Source: Porphyridium purpureum (Eukaryota). From it: a DNA stretch of 64,000 bases. The notes beneath the pieces were generated by a model. It was not told the DNA's origin. It ran no database searches and saw nothing but the letters and a program-made list of their open reading frames with translations. A program made the translations under genes and the position numbers. Positions 10,279 through 20,220 of this stretch are shown here, piece by piece. The DNA lies in assembly GCA_008690995.1 (NCBI GenBank), contig VRMN01000018.1, positions 1 through 64,000 of the forward strand, given 5' to 3'. Position 1 is the stretch's first letter. Every line of letters starts with the position of its first letter.

Positions 10279-10517
10279 CCAGTGGCGGAACCTCGGACAC
10301 ACCGGCCGGGTGGAGGGCCACGTGGACGGACGTCCTCTTCGAGTACTTACGTTGCCAAGACGGGCACACGAAGCCGATGGCCAGTGCACGGGCGACATCG
10401 AGCTTGAGACGTGGATGCCGGACGCGTCAAGCATTGGCATGTGCTGTAAGTATGAAGTGACTCTCCGGAAGCTTCGGACCATGTGATACCTGACATTGGG
10501 AAGCGGAGAGGGTGGGA

Positions 10518-11594
10518 TGTCACGGGAGTAGCCCGTGTGTTAAGGAAATGATTAAAAATAGCCATAGTCCGTGGCCGGATACCTGGTCGCGCCGGACCCA
10601 CTGTACTGTAGGTGTACAAGGGGGCGCGTGGTAGGCCTGAAGGCCCCTACCCTTAGGGACCAGACGCGCGATGACCACCCAGTATGGAATGGGTGTACAG
10701 CCAGGAGGTGGCTGGAACCTTCTGGAAGGTTCTAGACTCAGCGACAGCAAGGCACTGTACCTCGGAGGTACAGTGGTCGCGATGGGTATAAAAAGACGCG
10801 CGGGTCGGCAACCAAGGGGGGGAGAGGGGGGCCGGGAGACAGAAGGAGTAAGGTGGATCTAAGTAAAAACAGGTGTATTCAAGGAAGCGTGTTCGGGCCT
10901 TGGGTACCTGTTGAGGAGCGGGGTACAGCGGGAGTACAGCGGGGGTACGGCGGGGGTACGGCGGGAGTACAGCGCGAGCGAGCGAGCGGGGGGTTTAACG
11001 GGGAAGGTTCGCGGATGCCCTGGGGTAAGGCGTCGTTAGACGGTCCTTGTTCGGAAGCGGATCCGGGGGTGGTACGTGGGCGGGGGCGGATAAAGGAGTG
11101 ATAGGCCGTTTGAAGCCGAAAGGTGAGGTAACCTCCTCCGGCTAACCCCGGCTGCCCACAACGCCTCCCCGGGTCCCGGATCACCGTAAAGTGTGGCCGA
11201 ACGGGATCCCGGTTGGGCAGCGGACGCCTGGTTCCCCCGTTACGCGCGTCTTCCGTGTGTGTGCTTTTGGTTGGCTGTGCCTGCTCCGTGCGTGTGCTCT
11301 TGGTTGGCTGTGTCTTTCCCGTGTGCCTGCTCTTGGTTGGCTGTGTCTTTCCCGTGTGCCTGCTCTTGGTTGGTTCTGTCGGTCCCGTGTGTGGGTGCTC
11401 TTGGCTGTTCGCGTGTGAGCAGCGTGCGTGAGCGTCGTTGGTTCCGGGTTTCCTGCCTGCCGCAGGTCCAGTTGACTGCGGGTGTCTTGTGTTTCCTCTT
11501 GGTTGCGTGGATTGTCCAGCTTGTGTGCGTGCGTGTGCCGCTTGGCTTGCTGTTGGGTGTGCCGCGGTGTCCTGGGCCAGCACGGTTCGTGACA
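10518..11594 (+). repeat. 3' LTR of element A (1077 bp)
   Basis: Direct repeat of 4307-5384, preceded by the purine tract GGGAAGCGGAGAGGGTGGGA. Confidence 0.97.
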
Positions 11595-12026
11595 TTTTGA
11601 AGCTGGTGCAAGGCAAGTCTACGCCTGTAGAGCACTCGTGCACTGTACTACGAGTATAGCTGTTATCCGCCAACGCCGCGAATACCTATTCTTCGCTGGA
11701 TCCTCATTAAGACCTCGCTGTGACCTTGCTGTGACCTTCGTGGAACCTTGTTGGTTCTGTCGAAAGAACCGCCTTCAACGGTCCAAGACCGCCTCTTTCC
11801 TCTCGCAAATGGCCGAAGGGCTGGCCACGACTTTGTGCACCGTGTCGATTATAATGGACAAGGTACCTCCAGGAGCAGATCGCAATGGCTCCCACAAAAT
11901 TGCTTCAAATAATCACTTTATCCTCTAAACCGCTTGAAAGAACTAGAAGGGAATATGAGATCGAGCGCAGCCACCAGCGTTTTCACCACCAAACGCCCGA
12001 GAAGACTGAGAGGGTCCAGTGCTACT

Positions 12027-12318
12027 TGTTACCAATGCTGTGCCTTTTACTCTGCTTCTTCTTCTTCTTACCTCTCCGAGCAAGACCTGACCGGCTAGTC
12101 CGGGCAGGCGCGTCGCCTTTTTATACCCTTACTTCCGCCAGGGACAGCAAGGCGCCAAGAGAAATGACAATGCAAATCATTGGCATTTCTGCGCGTGTCT
12201 AGAAGGTTCTGGAACCTCTAGAAGCTTCTAGAAACGGTTAAACGGTCTACCGGTTTAACGGCTTACCGGTTTCGGATTAACCGAACCGTTCTAGGTGACT
12301 GGGGTCGAACGGATAACA
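12027..12318 (-). repeat. 3' LTR of element B
   Basis: TGTTA...TAACA termini; matches the 5' LTR apart from 16 extra bp. Confidence 0.96.
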
Positions 12319-12437
12319 TCTCCCCCCCTCTTGGCTCGACGTCTCGGCGAGACTTCAAACTAAGTTGCATTCTTGGCTCGAGGAACCCGCGCTCCGGGAG
12401 AAAACCTCTGCCTAGCAAACTTTTGACAATTCCCAAG

Positions 12438-15400
12438 TCATTCAGAGTCAGACTCTTCGATAATTTTCAACAAGTCTGACTCAGAATTGGACGCTGGCAG
12501 ATCGTCGGGTACTTCTTCATCATTTTCCCCTGCCATGTAGTCTTCGCGTCCATAGTATGGCTTCAGATGTTGGATCGGAAAAACATCATGACAAGCCACA
12601 CCCTCGGGCAAAATCACTCGGTAAGCATGCGAGCTTACCTTCTCAATGACAGGCACCGGACCAAGAAACTTTGGTGCCGCCAAATCACTCTTGTTCGGCC
12701 GCAGTTGCGGCGCCGTGACCAACACTTGATCACCAACTTGAAACTCCCGGGCATCCTTGCTTCGATCGAAGAACTTCTGCATTCTCCCCTGGGCTTCGAT
12801 CAAATTGTCGCGGACTTCTTCATGGACTTTGCACAGGCGAAACCAGTGCTCCGCCATGTCCTTCGTTTGTCCGTCACGCGCAGGCCTCCACCCTTCGCTC
12901 GGTGGAAACCAAGGATCCCTTCCATACACCACTTTGAACGGCGCGAATCCAGTGGCACTGCTTGGTGCGGAGTTGTACGCAAACTCGTACAACGGCAAGT
13001 CTCGCACCCAGCCACTATTCGTCGCCATCAACTTGAGCATTTCCCGAATCACGCGGTTCACTCGCTCAGTTTGGCCATCTGTCTGCGGGTGGTTGGCGGT
13101 AGACATTGCCAACTTCATGCCCACCCGCTTGCTCAACTGCTGCCAAAACGTGGACGTAAACAGCGGATCTCGGTCCGACACAATCGACTTGGGGTATCCG
13201 AAACGGCTCACGACGTGCTTCACGAACAAGTCAGCACAACGTTTTGCTGTCAAGTCCTTGCGCGTCGGGATAAACAGCGCCATCTTCGAATAGCGATCCA
13301 CCACAGTCATGATTGCATCACAGCTGCCTTCGCTCCGAGGCAGCTCCGTCACAAAGTCCATCGAAATGTCGACCCAAGGTCCTTCTGGGATCGACAAGGG
13401 CTTCAGCTTTCCAAACGACCGATTCTCAGACTTTGTCACTTGGCATGCGTGACAAGTCTTCACAAAACGGCTCACGTCTCGCTTCATCTTTGGCCAGTAG
13501 AAGCGAGTGATCAAAGATGCATACGTCGTGTCGGCTCCACGGTGTCCTGCTGTCGGGATATCGTGGTGGAGCTGCATGACACGCTCTCTGAACTTCCTCG
13601 GCACGCAAACGCGATTCCTCAAGTACAAGAGCCCAGCTTCGGTTCGAAAGCCTTGGTGGGTCGGTAAATCCCCCATCAAAGCACCAAAGTCTGGGTCACT
13701 CGAGTACGAACCCACGAATGCCTGGAACCCCGCACCAAATTCATCACACCGAACTTGGTACTCTAGCGCATGCAACTCTGGCTTTCTCGACAAAGCGTCG
13801 GCCACCACGTTCGACTTTCCCTTCACATAGTCGATTGTGATATCAAACTCGGCTAAAAAGTCCAACCACCGTGCTTGCCGGCCATTCAGCTCCTTCTGCG
13901 TCATCAAATGTTTCAACGCCTCATGATCTGTATGAAGCACAAACTTTGCCCCGTACAGATAAGGTCGAAACTCTCGCAGACAGTGAATGACGGCCATGAG
14001 CTCACCTTCATAGCTGCTGTACCTGGTCTCTCGGTCCAGCAGCTTCCTCGACGTAAACGCGACCGGTCTGCCTTCCTGTGCCAGCCATCCCCCCACCGCG
14101 ACTTCAGAGCGGTCCGTGTACACCTCAAATGGCTTTTCAGGGTCTGGCAAGGCCAACACCGGCGCTTCCGTCAACATCCCCACAATCTTCTTGAAGGCCG
14201 ACTTGCCTTCATCTCCCAGTTCGATCAGCTGCTTCTTCGACTTTGTGTTCTGCAACAGCGAAGTCAGCGGCGCCACGACGGTAGAGTATCCTTTAACAAA
14301 CCTCCGAAACCAGTTTGTCATTCCCAAAAAGGATCTCAACTCCGTCACCGTCTTTGGCACTGGCCAATCTCTCAAAGCTTCCACCTTCCGTGGATCCATC
14401 TTCACGCAACCGTTGCCGACAATGTTCCCCAGGTATTCGACTTCAGAAACGAAGAAGCTGCACTTCTTGCGCTTCAACCGATACCCCGCCTTTTGCAAGC
14501 GCGACAACACTTCCTTCAGGACCTCGCCGTGCGACTGCCTATCCTTGGTAAAGACCAAAATATCGTCCAAGTAGACAATGACGGTCTTGTCCAGCAGATC
14601 TGCAAACAGCTCGTTCATGGCCCTCTGAAAAGTTGCCGGCGCGTTGCAAAGACCAAACGGCATCACACGGAACTCGAACTGTCCGTACCTGGTCTGGAAC
14701 GCGGTCTTCGGCACGTCCTCTCTCCGAACACGCAACTGGTGGTATCCCGATGCCAAGTCCAACTTTGAGAAACAGTGAGCTGCTCCCAGTCGATCCAGCA
14801 ACTCATCCATGTTCGGCAACGGATACCGGTCCTTCACAGTCGCGTCGTTCAACGCCCGATAATCGACGCACATCCTCATGCTGCCGTCTTTCTTCTTCAC
14901 GAACAGCACGGGTGCTCCAAACGGGCTCTGACTCGGCTGGACGAATCCCTTATCCAGCAAGTCATCCAAAGTCTCTCGGAGGACTTTCAACTCCGCAGGG
15001 CTCAGTCGGTAGACCCTGCCCACTCTCACAGGCTTCTCATCTTTCAGCCTAATCACATGCTCCACTGTTCGGCTCTCAGGCAGCCCTCGCGGCTCCTCGA
15101 ACAGACTTTCGAAATCTTTGAGCATCTTCTTCACAGAGTCATCTCCTTTGCGCTCCACTGAACAGGGCTCCTCCCTTCCTTTCAGCACGCCGAGGTAGCA
15201 CTCTTCTACCTCCTGACTCTTCAACAGCCGACGGAGCTCTTTCCGTGGCACCAGCATCTGCGTCATGCTCCAGGCCTTCTTCTCTCCGTAGGCCAACATG
15301 CCAGACTGCCAATCAATCACTGGGTTCTCCCGCTTCAGCCACTCCATGCCCAAGATTGCGTCTTGTCCCGCAATCCGGCAAATGGCAAAGTTAGCGGCCC

Positions 15401-15836
15401 CTGAGTACCCATCGCTCAGTTCAAACTTGACATTGGAAACTTCTCCGGCTGTTTCCAATACAGACCCATCCGCTAGGGTCACATGATCTCTCTTCCACGA
15501 CGCCTTCTGCTTCAGGCCGTCGGATTTCAGCACAAAGTCCACGCTCATGAAGTTGTCCGTCGCGCCACTGTCAATCAAAAACGTGGCCTCTCCGTCGGAC
15601 TTGTGCACTTTTCCTCGAACTCGAAGAAGCATGGCAGCTCCCATCCCTCCAAGTTCCTTGATCACGGGCTGATTTGCGCTCGAGTTTCGCCCACAAGGTT
15701 TCGGACAGCCAGACCTTGGCTTACCAAGGCCACCACAGCGGTCTTCATTGCCGCCCCTAGAGGTCTCGTAACGTCTGCGAGCCTCCTTTCCCTCTGACTG
15801 TCCGAGGAACCTTTTTACTCGAGCTCCTCGTTTTTT
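12438..15836 (-). CDS. pol: Pol of element B (protease, RT, RNase H, integrase)
   Basis: FLIDSGA; MCVDYRALN, YLDD; TDHEAL; HHCC (HD.PTAGH...CHAC); SDRD, HPQTDGQTE; GPY/F-like GPVPV; reached by -1 frameshift at A AAA AAC (15836-15830). Confidence 0.96.
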   Translation of the reverse strand, partial: KKRGARVKRFLGQSEGKEARRRYETSRGGNEDRCGGLGKPRSGCPKPCGRNSSANQPVIKELGGMGAAMLLRVRGKVHKSDGEATFLIDSGATDNFMSVDFVLKSDGLKQKASWKRDHVTLADGSVLETAGEVSNVKFELSDGYSGAANFAICRIAGQDAILGMEWLKRENPVIDWQSGMLAYGEKKAWSMTQMLVPRKELRRLLKSQEVEECYLGVLKGREEPCSVERKGDDSVKKMLKDFESLFEEPRGLPESRTVEHVIRLKDEKPVRVGRVYRLSPAELKVLRETLDDLLDKGFVQPSQSPFGAPVLFVKKKDGSMRMCVDYRALNDATVKDRYPLPNMDELLDRLGAAHCFSKLDLASGYHQLRVRREDVPKTAFQTRYGQFEFRVMPFGLCNAPATFQRAMNELFADLLDKTVIVYLDDILVFTKDRQSHGEVLKEVLSRLQKAGYRLKRKKCSFFVSEVEYLGNIVGNGCVKMDPRKVEALRDWPVPKTVTELRSFLGMTNWFRRFVKGYSTVVAPLTSLLQNTKSKKQLIELGDEGKSAFKKIVGMLTEAPVLALPDPEKPFEVYTDRSEVAVGGWLAQEGRPVAFTSRKLLDRETRYSSYEGELMAVIHCLREFRPYLYGAKFVLHTDHEALKHLMTQKELNGRQARWLDFLAEFDITIDYVKGKSNVVADALSRKPELHALEYQVRCDEFGAGFQAFVGSYSSDPDFGALMGDLPTHQGFRTEAGLLYLRNRVCVPRKFRERVMQLHHDIPTAGHRGADTTYASLITRFYWPKMKRDVSRFVKTCHACQVTKSENRSFGKLKPLSIPEGPWVDISMDFVTELPRSEGSCDAIMTVVDRYSKMALFIPTRKDLTAKRCADLFVKHVVSRFGYPKSIVSDRDPLFTSTFWQQLSKRVGMKLAMSTANHPQTDGQTERVNRVIREMLKLMATNSGWVRDLPLYEFAYNSAPSSATGFAPFKVVYGRDPWFPPSEGWRPARDGQTKDMAEHWFRLCKVHEEVRDNLIEAQGRMQKFFDRSKDAREFQVGDQVLVTAPQLRPNKSDLAAPKFLGPVPVIEKVSSHAYRVILPEGVACHDVFPIQHLKPYYGREDYMAGENDEEVPDDLPASNSESDLLKIIEESDSE

Positions 15837-16621
15837 GACTCCAGCGAGTCTCCCTCCAGCTGCTGAATAGTCTTCCTTGCCTCGGGACACTTCCTGGCGA
15901 TGTGTCCCGGCTTTCCACAATTCCAGCATTTGAGCTCGCTTCGAACACGCCTCTGACCCTGCACGTTCCCGAGCTCCATAGGGACAGGTCCTTCCTGCGC
16001 TGCACGACCGAAAAATGGCGTCCTCACACTTGAATCACGCACGCCGCGGGTCGCATGAATGGCGTCATCCACGACCACCGCCACCTGCGCAGCCTCCGCA
16101 AACGTACTCACTCCTCGCTTGTAAACTTCCAGGCGGACCTCGGGCTTCAGACCCCTCACAAAGCGGTCCATCATTTCTGCGTCCGACAAGTCCGGAATCA
16201 CAAGTGCCGCGTCCTGAAAAGCCGCCACATACGCATGGGCCGGGCCTTTCTGCGAAAGACGCGTCAACTTGTCCCTTGCACGCCTGATCGAATCCTGCGG
16301 CGTGAACCGAGCACTCACGAGGGCAGCAAAATCATTCCACGTCGTGGGGATCTCCTGCGGGTAGCGTTCGCAGTTTAGAACCCACCAATGAAGCGCCTCT
16401 CCCTCGAAATAGTCTGATGCCAGGTCCACAGCACGCCTCTCCGCAAGCAGACGTTTCTCCAAATCGTCCGGGTGGATGCTCTCCAACAGCCGGCCCAAGA
16501 TCTTCTTTCTCGCCTGGAACAACCACGTCTTCACAACCAGAAGGTCCCTCTTCCCGTCGAACCTCATCAGACGGGCCTCCTTCGGGCCACGTGGTCCCAG
16601 CGTCTCCGAATCAATCTCCAT
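15815..16621 (-). CDS. gag: Gag of element B
   Basis: Retrotrans_gag motifs (EGEALHWW, TWNDF, LSQKG, DRFVRGLKPEVR), GPVPMELG and knuckle CWNCGKPGHIARKC. Confidence 0.93.
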   Translation of the reverse strand: MEIDSETLGPRGPKEARLMRFDGKRDLLVVKTWLFQARKKILGRLLESIHPDDLEKRLLAERRAVDLASDYFEGEALHWWVLNCERYPQEIPTTWNDFAALVSARFTPQDSIRRARDKLTRLSQKGPAHAYVAAFQDAALVIPDLSDAEMMDRFVRGLKPEVRLEVYKRGVSTFAEAAQVAVVVDDAIHATRGVRDSSVRTPFFGRAAQEGPVPMELGNVQGQRRVRSELKCWNCGKPGHIARKCPEARKTIQQLEGDSLESKNEELE

Positions 16622-17189
16622 GCTTTCTGGAAACAAGCACACTCAACGACGACAACGACACAAACCGCGAGTCTCCGCTGCTCACACTCTCGAACAGCTG
16701 CGCGCAACACGAACGGGCTTCGATTGCCCTCACGAACACAAATCGACACACGAAGCGGTCCTCTCACGCACACACACGCACAGCAATCTTCTCACGTACA
16801 CACGACAAAACACACAGCAATCCTCCTCTGTTGCGCTGGATGGGGAGCGGCCCGGGCCTTTGCACTGGGGCGGGGATTATAGATGCGATCTTGTATGGAG
16901 GTGTTCGGCGCCTACCTTCGCAAAGGTGGTCGTGCGACACTAGGATGAATCCTAGTGAAGGCTGACCGTTACGGCTCTTGCCTACTAATGCGTGCTAAGG
17001 CAGAGAGCGAGTCCGCCGTCAAGGCCTAGGCCTATCGTACAGCCAAGACTGAGACCCGCTTCCGCCCGTCGCACCCTCCGGATCGACTTACTCGAACCCC
17101 CTCACCCGCAGACTCTCCCACCCAGGCAACCCCAGAGAAACGCTAAGAGAACCTTAGAGCAACCCCAGGTAACCAGCGATGATACCAAA

Positions 17190-17465
17190 TGTTACCAATG
17201 CTGTGCCTTTTACTCTGCTTCTTCTTCTTCTTACCTCTCCGAGCAAGACCTGACCGGCTAGTCCGGGCAGGCGCGTCGCCTTTTTATACCCTTACTTCCG
17301 CCAGGGACAGCAAGGCGCCAAGAGAAATGACAATGCAAATCATTGGCATTTCTGCGCGTGTCTAGAAGGTTCTGGAACCTCTAGAAGCTTCTAGAAACGG
17401 TTAAACGGCTTACCGGTTTCGGATTAACCGAACCGTTCTAGGTGACTGGGGTCGAACGGATAACA
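17190..17465 (-). repeat. 5' LTR of element B, with HSEs and TATA
   Basis: Two 3-unit nGAAn/nTTCn arrays (17364-17378, 17383-17397); GGGTATAAAAAG on the - strand at about 17280-17291. Confidence 0.96.
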
Positions 17466-18026
17466 CTACTAGTAAAGCACCTTTTACCGTACGCCTATGT
17501 ATCAGAGCCTCTGACTAAAACTCTACGCTACATTCCACAGAGCTGCCTGCTCGGTCCGGCTTAAGTACTTTCTCCCGAGCCTCGGACTTCTGCTCGCGTG
17601 CGGGTTTCGGACGGTGTTGGCGTTTGAACCCGGCACGTATTCGAAGTGCGGCCGTAACGGTTAATGGCCACCCGTAGTGGTTTCGAAAACATGCCTCCTT
17701 TCGCTGTACCCCGAACTGATAGTAAGTACAGCTTTGGGAGTGACAGGACGACCTTGTTTCTTCCACGAAGAAAGAAAAAGAAAGAGAAAGAGAAAGAAAG
17801 ATTGGGGCGTCGGCAGAACCCCGGAGGCAAATATGCGTCGCCGTTTTATTGGCAGTTGGCGCGCCGTCTCCGAATACTGAGGGGTCGCGCTTTCTGTGCC
17901 CCTTCACGTTCGAAACCGTGCCTTTGGTTGTTCGTCTGGTCGTTCCGCCAGAAATCGGCACGAATTCAACCGAATCATTCTGCGCCGTTCAACCGGTCGC
18001 CTCGACCCATGTCATTCTGTGGGCAG

Positions 18027-18140
18027 ATTTCTCACACGTTCACTGTCATTTCTCTCATGTTGACTGTCAATTCTCTCACATTGACTGTCATCTCATGTTG
18101 ACTGTCATTTCTCTCACATTGACTGTCATTTCTCTCACAC
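18027..18140. repeat. Tandem repeat, about 5 x 21 bp (TTGACTGTCATTTCTCTCACA), upstream of a TATA box
   Basis: Units start at 18039, 18060, 18081 (17 bp), 18098 and 18119; TATATAAA at 18178-18185. Confidence 0.9.
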
Positions 18141-18420
18141 AGGTTTCCGTAATGCTGGTGAACACGGAACGGCAGTCTATATAAAGGCGTAGAAACCCAT
18201 GAGCAAGTTTGGGGGCAGAACGGAGGAGGGAGAGACGGGGAGAAGTGGGAAACGGAAGAGTTGAGGAAAGGAAAATAAAGGGAAGACAGGTTGGTAACAA
18301 CAGCACGGTCTTTCCACGGTTTGGGCGAGGAAAATCGTCTTGTCAGATTTAGAACGAGCGCTGCAGCGGTGGAGAGCGCGACCAAGTGCTGTGGGCCAGG
18401 ATTCGGCAGGTCATCGCGCG

Positions 18421-19431
18421 ATGAAGGCGTTTAGTTACTCTGAGTTTGGCGCTCCGGTTGATGTCATCAAAGCGGTTGATGTGGCGGTACCAGAGCCTGG
18501 GCCTGGCACGGTACGTGTCAAGATTGTGACGGCTAGTATCAACCCAGTCGACTTCATGGTGTGCAGGACCGGGCTCACGGCAGCTGGCTGGAACACTGCG
18601 CTTCCGTTCGTGCCCTTTTACGATCTATCCGGCACAGTGGATGCGGTTGGGACAGATGTCTCAGCTTTCCAGGTTGGCGACGAGGTCTTTGGCGTCAACT
18701 GGGGCCAAGGAAAGGATCAGCCCTTTGCCGTGCACGACGACGAATTTAACCTGGTGGGTGGCGCATGCGCAGAGTATGCGATCATGCCGGCATGCAAGCT
18801 ATCCCTGAAGCCCGCAGCCGTGTCACACGATGTCGCAGCAGCAGTCGCGCTGGTCGGCACCACGGCTTACCAGGCGCTCGACGTTTTGGGTGTGAAGAGC
18901 GGATCGCGAGTGCTCATTCTCGGCGGCGCGGGCGCAGTGGGTCAAATTGCTGTCCAGCTGGCCAAAGAGCGCGGAGCTTGGGTCGCCACCACGTGCAGCG
19001 GTCGCACGAGGGACTTTGTTTCGTCGGTTGCGAAGCCCGACATGATCATCGATTACAACGTCTCGAAATGGGATGAGATGGAGGAGATCAAGGGGTCACT
19101 CGATGCAGTGTTTGATGCCGTTGGCGAGAAGGATGCGTTCCCTCGCGTGCGTGACGGCAAATTAGTCCGTGAAGGCGGTTCATACCTGTCCATTGCGGGC
19201 AGGGACGTTGGGTATGATGCCAAGGCGCACCCAGGCTTCACGTACGCCGCGTGGTATTGCCTGAAGAACAGCCCGAAAGTGCAGGACGAGCTCGCCAAGC
19301 TTATTGCGGATAAGAAGCTTGTTGTGACGATCGAGGAGACATTCCCATTCACGCTGGAGGGCGTGCTGCGCGCTTTTGTCAAACAGGAGAGTGGCAAGTC
19401 AGTTGGAAAGAACATCATCAGCGTCTGCTGA
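18421..19431 (+). CDS. NADP-dependent oxidoreductase, MDR / quinone-reductase family
   Basis: VPEPGPGTVRVKIVTASINPVD, VGDEVFG, TAYQAL, VLILGGAGAVG, C-terminal GK. Confidence 0.92.
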   Translation: MKAFSYSEFGAPVDVIKAVDVAVPEPGPGTVRVKIVTASINPVDFMVCRTGLTAAGWNTALPFVPFYDLSGTVDAVGTDVSAFQVGDEVFGVNWGQGKDQPFAVHDDEFNLVGGACAEYAIMPACKLSLKPAAVSHDVAAAVALVGTTAYQALDVLGVKSGSRVLILGGAGAVGQIAVQLAKERGAWVATTCSGRTRDFVSSVAKPDMIIDYNVSKWDEMEEIKGSLDAVFDAVGEKDAFPRVRDGKLVREGGSYLSIAGRDVGYDAKAHPGFTYAAWYCLKNSPKVQDELAKLIADKKLVVTIEETFPFTLEGVLRAFVKQESGKSVGKNIISVC

Positions 19432-19888
19432 TCTAGGATGAGCGCAGGTGTCCAGTGTGTCCGTTCGAGCGGCCTAGACCGGACGGGGTACCGGGCGGTC
19501 AAGCGGCCGAACGGCTCGGGGCATAGGCGCATCGTCCGTGATCTTTTCCCATGTGGCACACGCGCATGAAAACGAAGTTCCTTGTGCCTGAATGTGATCA
19601 GCGCCGCGCAGGTGCGAGCGTTTGCAGGCCGCGAGAATCGTAGCCAACATCGTTTCGACGTGACGAGACGGGGTGGCGGGAGTGCTTGGAGGAGTGGTCG
19701 CGCAAAAGCATGCGCGTGAATTTGTGATACTTGGGAATGGACAGGCACTGCAATAAATATTGGTGTGGAGCACGCAGTGTCTGTATGCAAATCTTCAGCC
19801 GCCTCCGCGCGTAAAATACTCCCGCGACGCAGGCCACGCCAAGGTGAAAGCCAAAGAAAACGAGCGCGGCCAAAAAATTCACTCCATA

Positions 19889-19978
19889 TGCCGATAGACA
19901 GGTTTTCACGCTCTCGCACTCGAACTGTCGACATTCAGCTTATGAGACTGACGCTCTAGCCAACTGAGCTATATCGGC
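19889..19978 (-). tRNA. trnM-CAU: tRNA-Met(CAT), elongator type, with a 16-nt T-loop intron (19903-19918)
   Basis: Acceptor GCCGATA/TATCGGC+A; D arm GCTC-AGTTGGCTA-GAGC; anticodon arm TCAGT-CTCATAA-GCTGA; T stem GACAG/CTGTC enclosing a 23-nt loop; T6 Pol III terminator at 19877-19872; AT-rich element about 20-40 nt upstream. Confidence 0.9.
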
Positions 19979-20220
19979 ACCGGTGGTCAGGGAGGGCAAA
20001 ATTAAAATATAATAACGCATATAACCACGGGTGCAGAGCGCAGGCGTTGACGATTGTGAGTTGGAGCAAGCGTGCGGACGCGCTAGCGTGGCTCCAGCGT
20101 CGATGAACGACAGGCGTGCATGAAAGCGCAAGTGGATGCGGAGTGACTGCGTGTAGCGTGGAGTGGCGCGCGCAGCAAGCACAACGACGTGCAGCGGGGC
20201 GCAGGAGAGGAGGGGCCACG

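Larger units (their letters stand above)
4307..11594 (+). mobile_element. Full-length Ty3/Gypsy LTR retrotransposon with chromodomain (element A)
   Basis: TG...CA LTRs 4307-5384 and 10518-11594; 4-bp TSD TTTT (4303-4306 / 11595-11598); PPT 10498-10517; intact gag and PR-RT-RH-INT-chromodomain pol. Confidence 0.97.
12027..17465 (-). mobile_element. Full-length Ty3/Gypsy LTR retrotransposon without chromodomain (element B)
   Basis: LTRs 17190-17465 (5', 276 bp) and 12027-12318 (3', 292 bp); 5-bp TSD CTACT (12022-12026 / 17466-17470); PBS TGGTATCA (17187-17180, tRNA-iMet-like); PPT AAGAGGGGGGGAGA (12332-12319). Confidence 0.97.

Noticed and set aside
10279..10486. Possible second chromodomain or extra ORF after pol A
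   Set aside because: No chromodomain residues in any frame; short and lacking an ATG start.
18027..18140. Possible CRISPR-like array (also considered for 26528-26652 and 38552-38714)
   Set aside because: Head-to-tail repeats without unique spacers, no cas genes, eukaryotic context.
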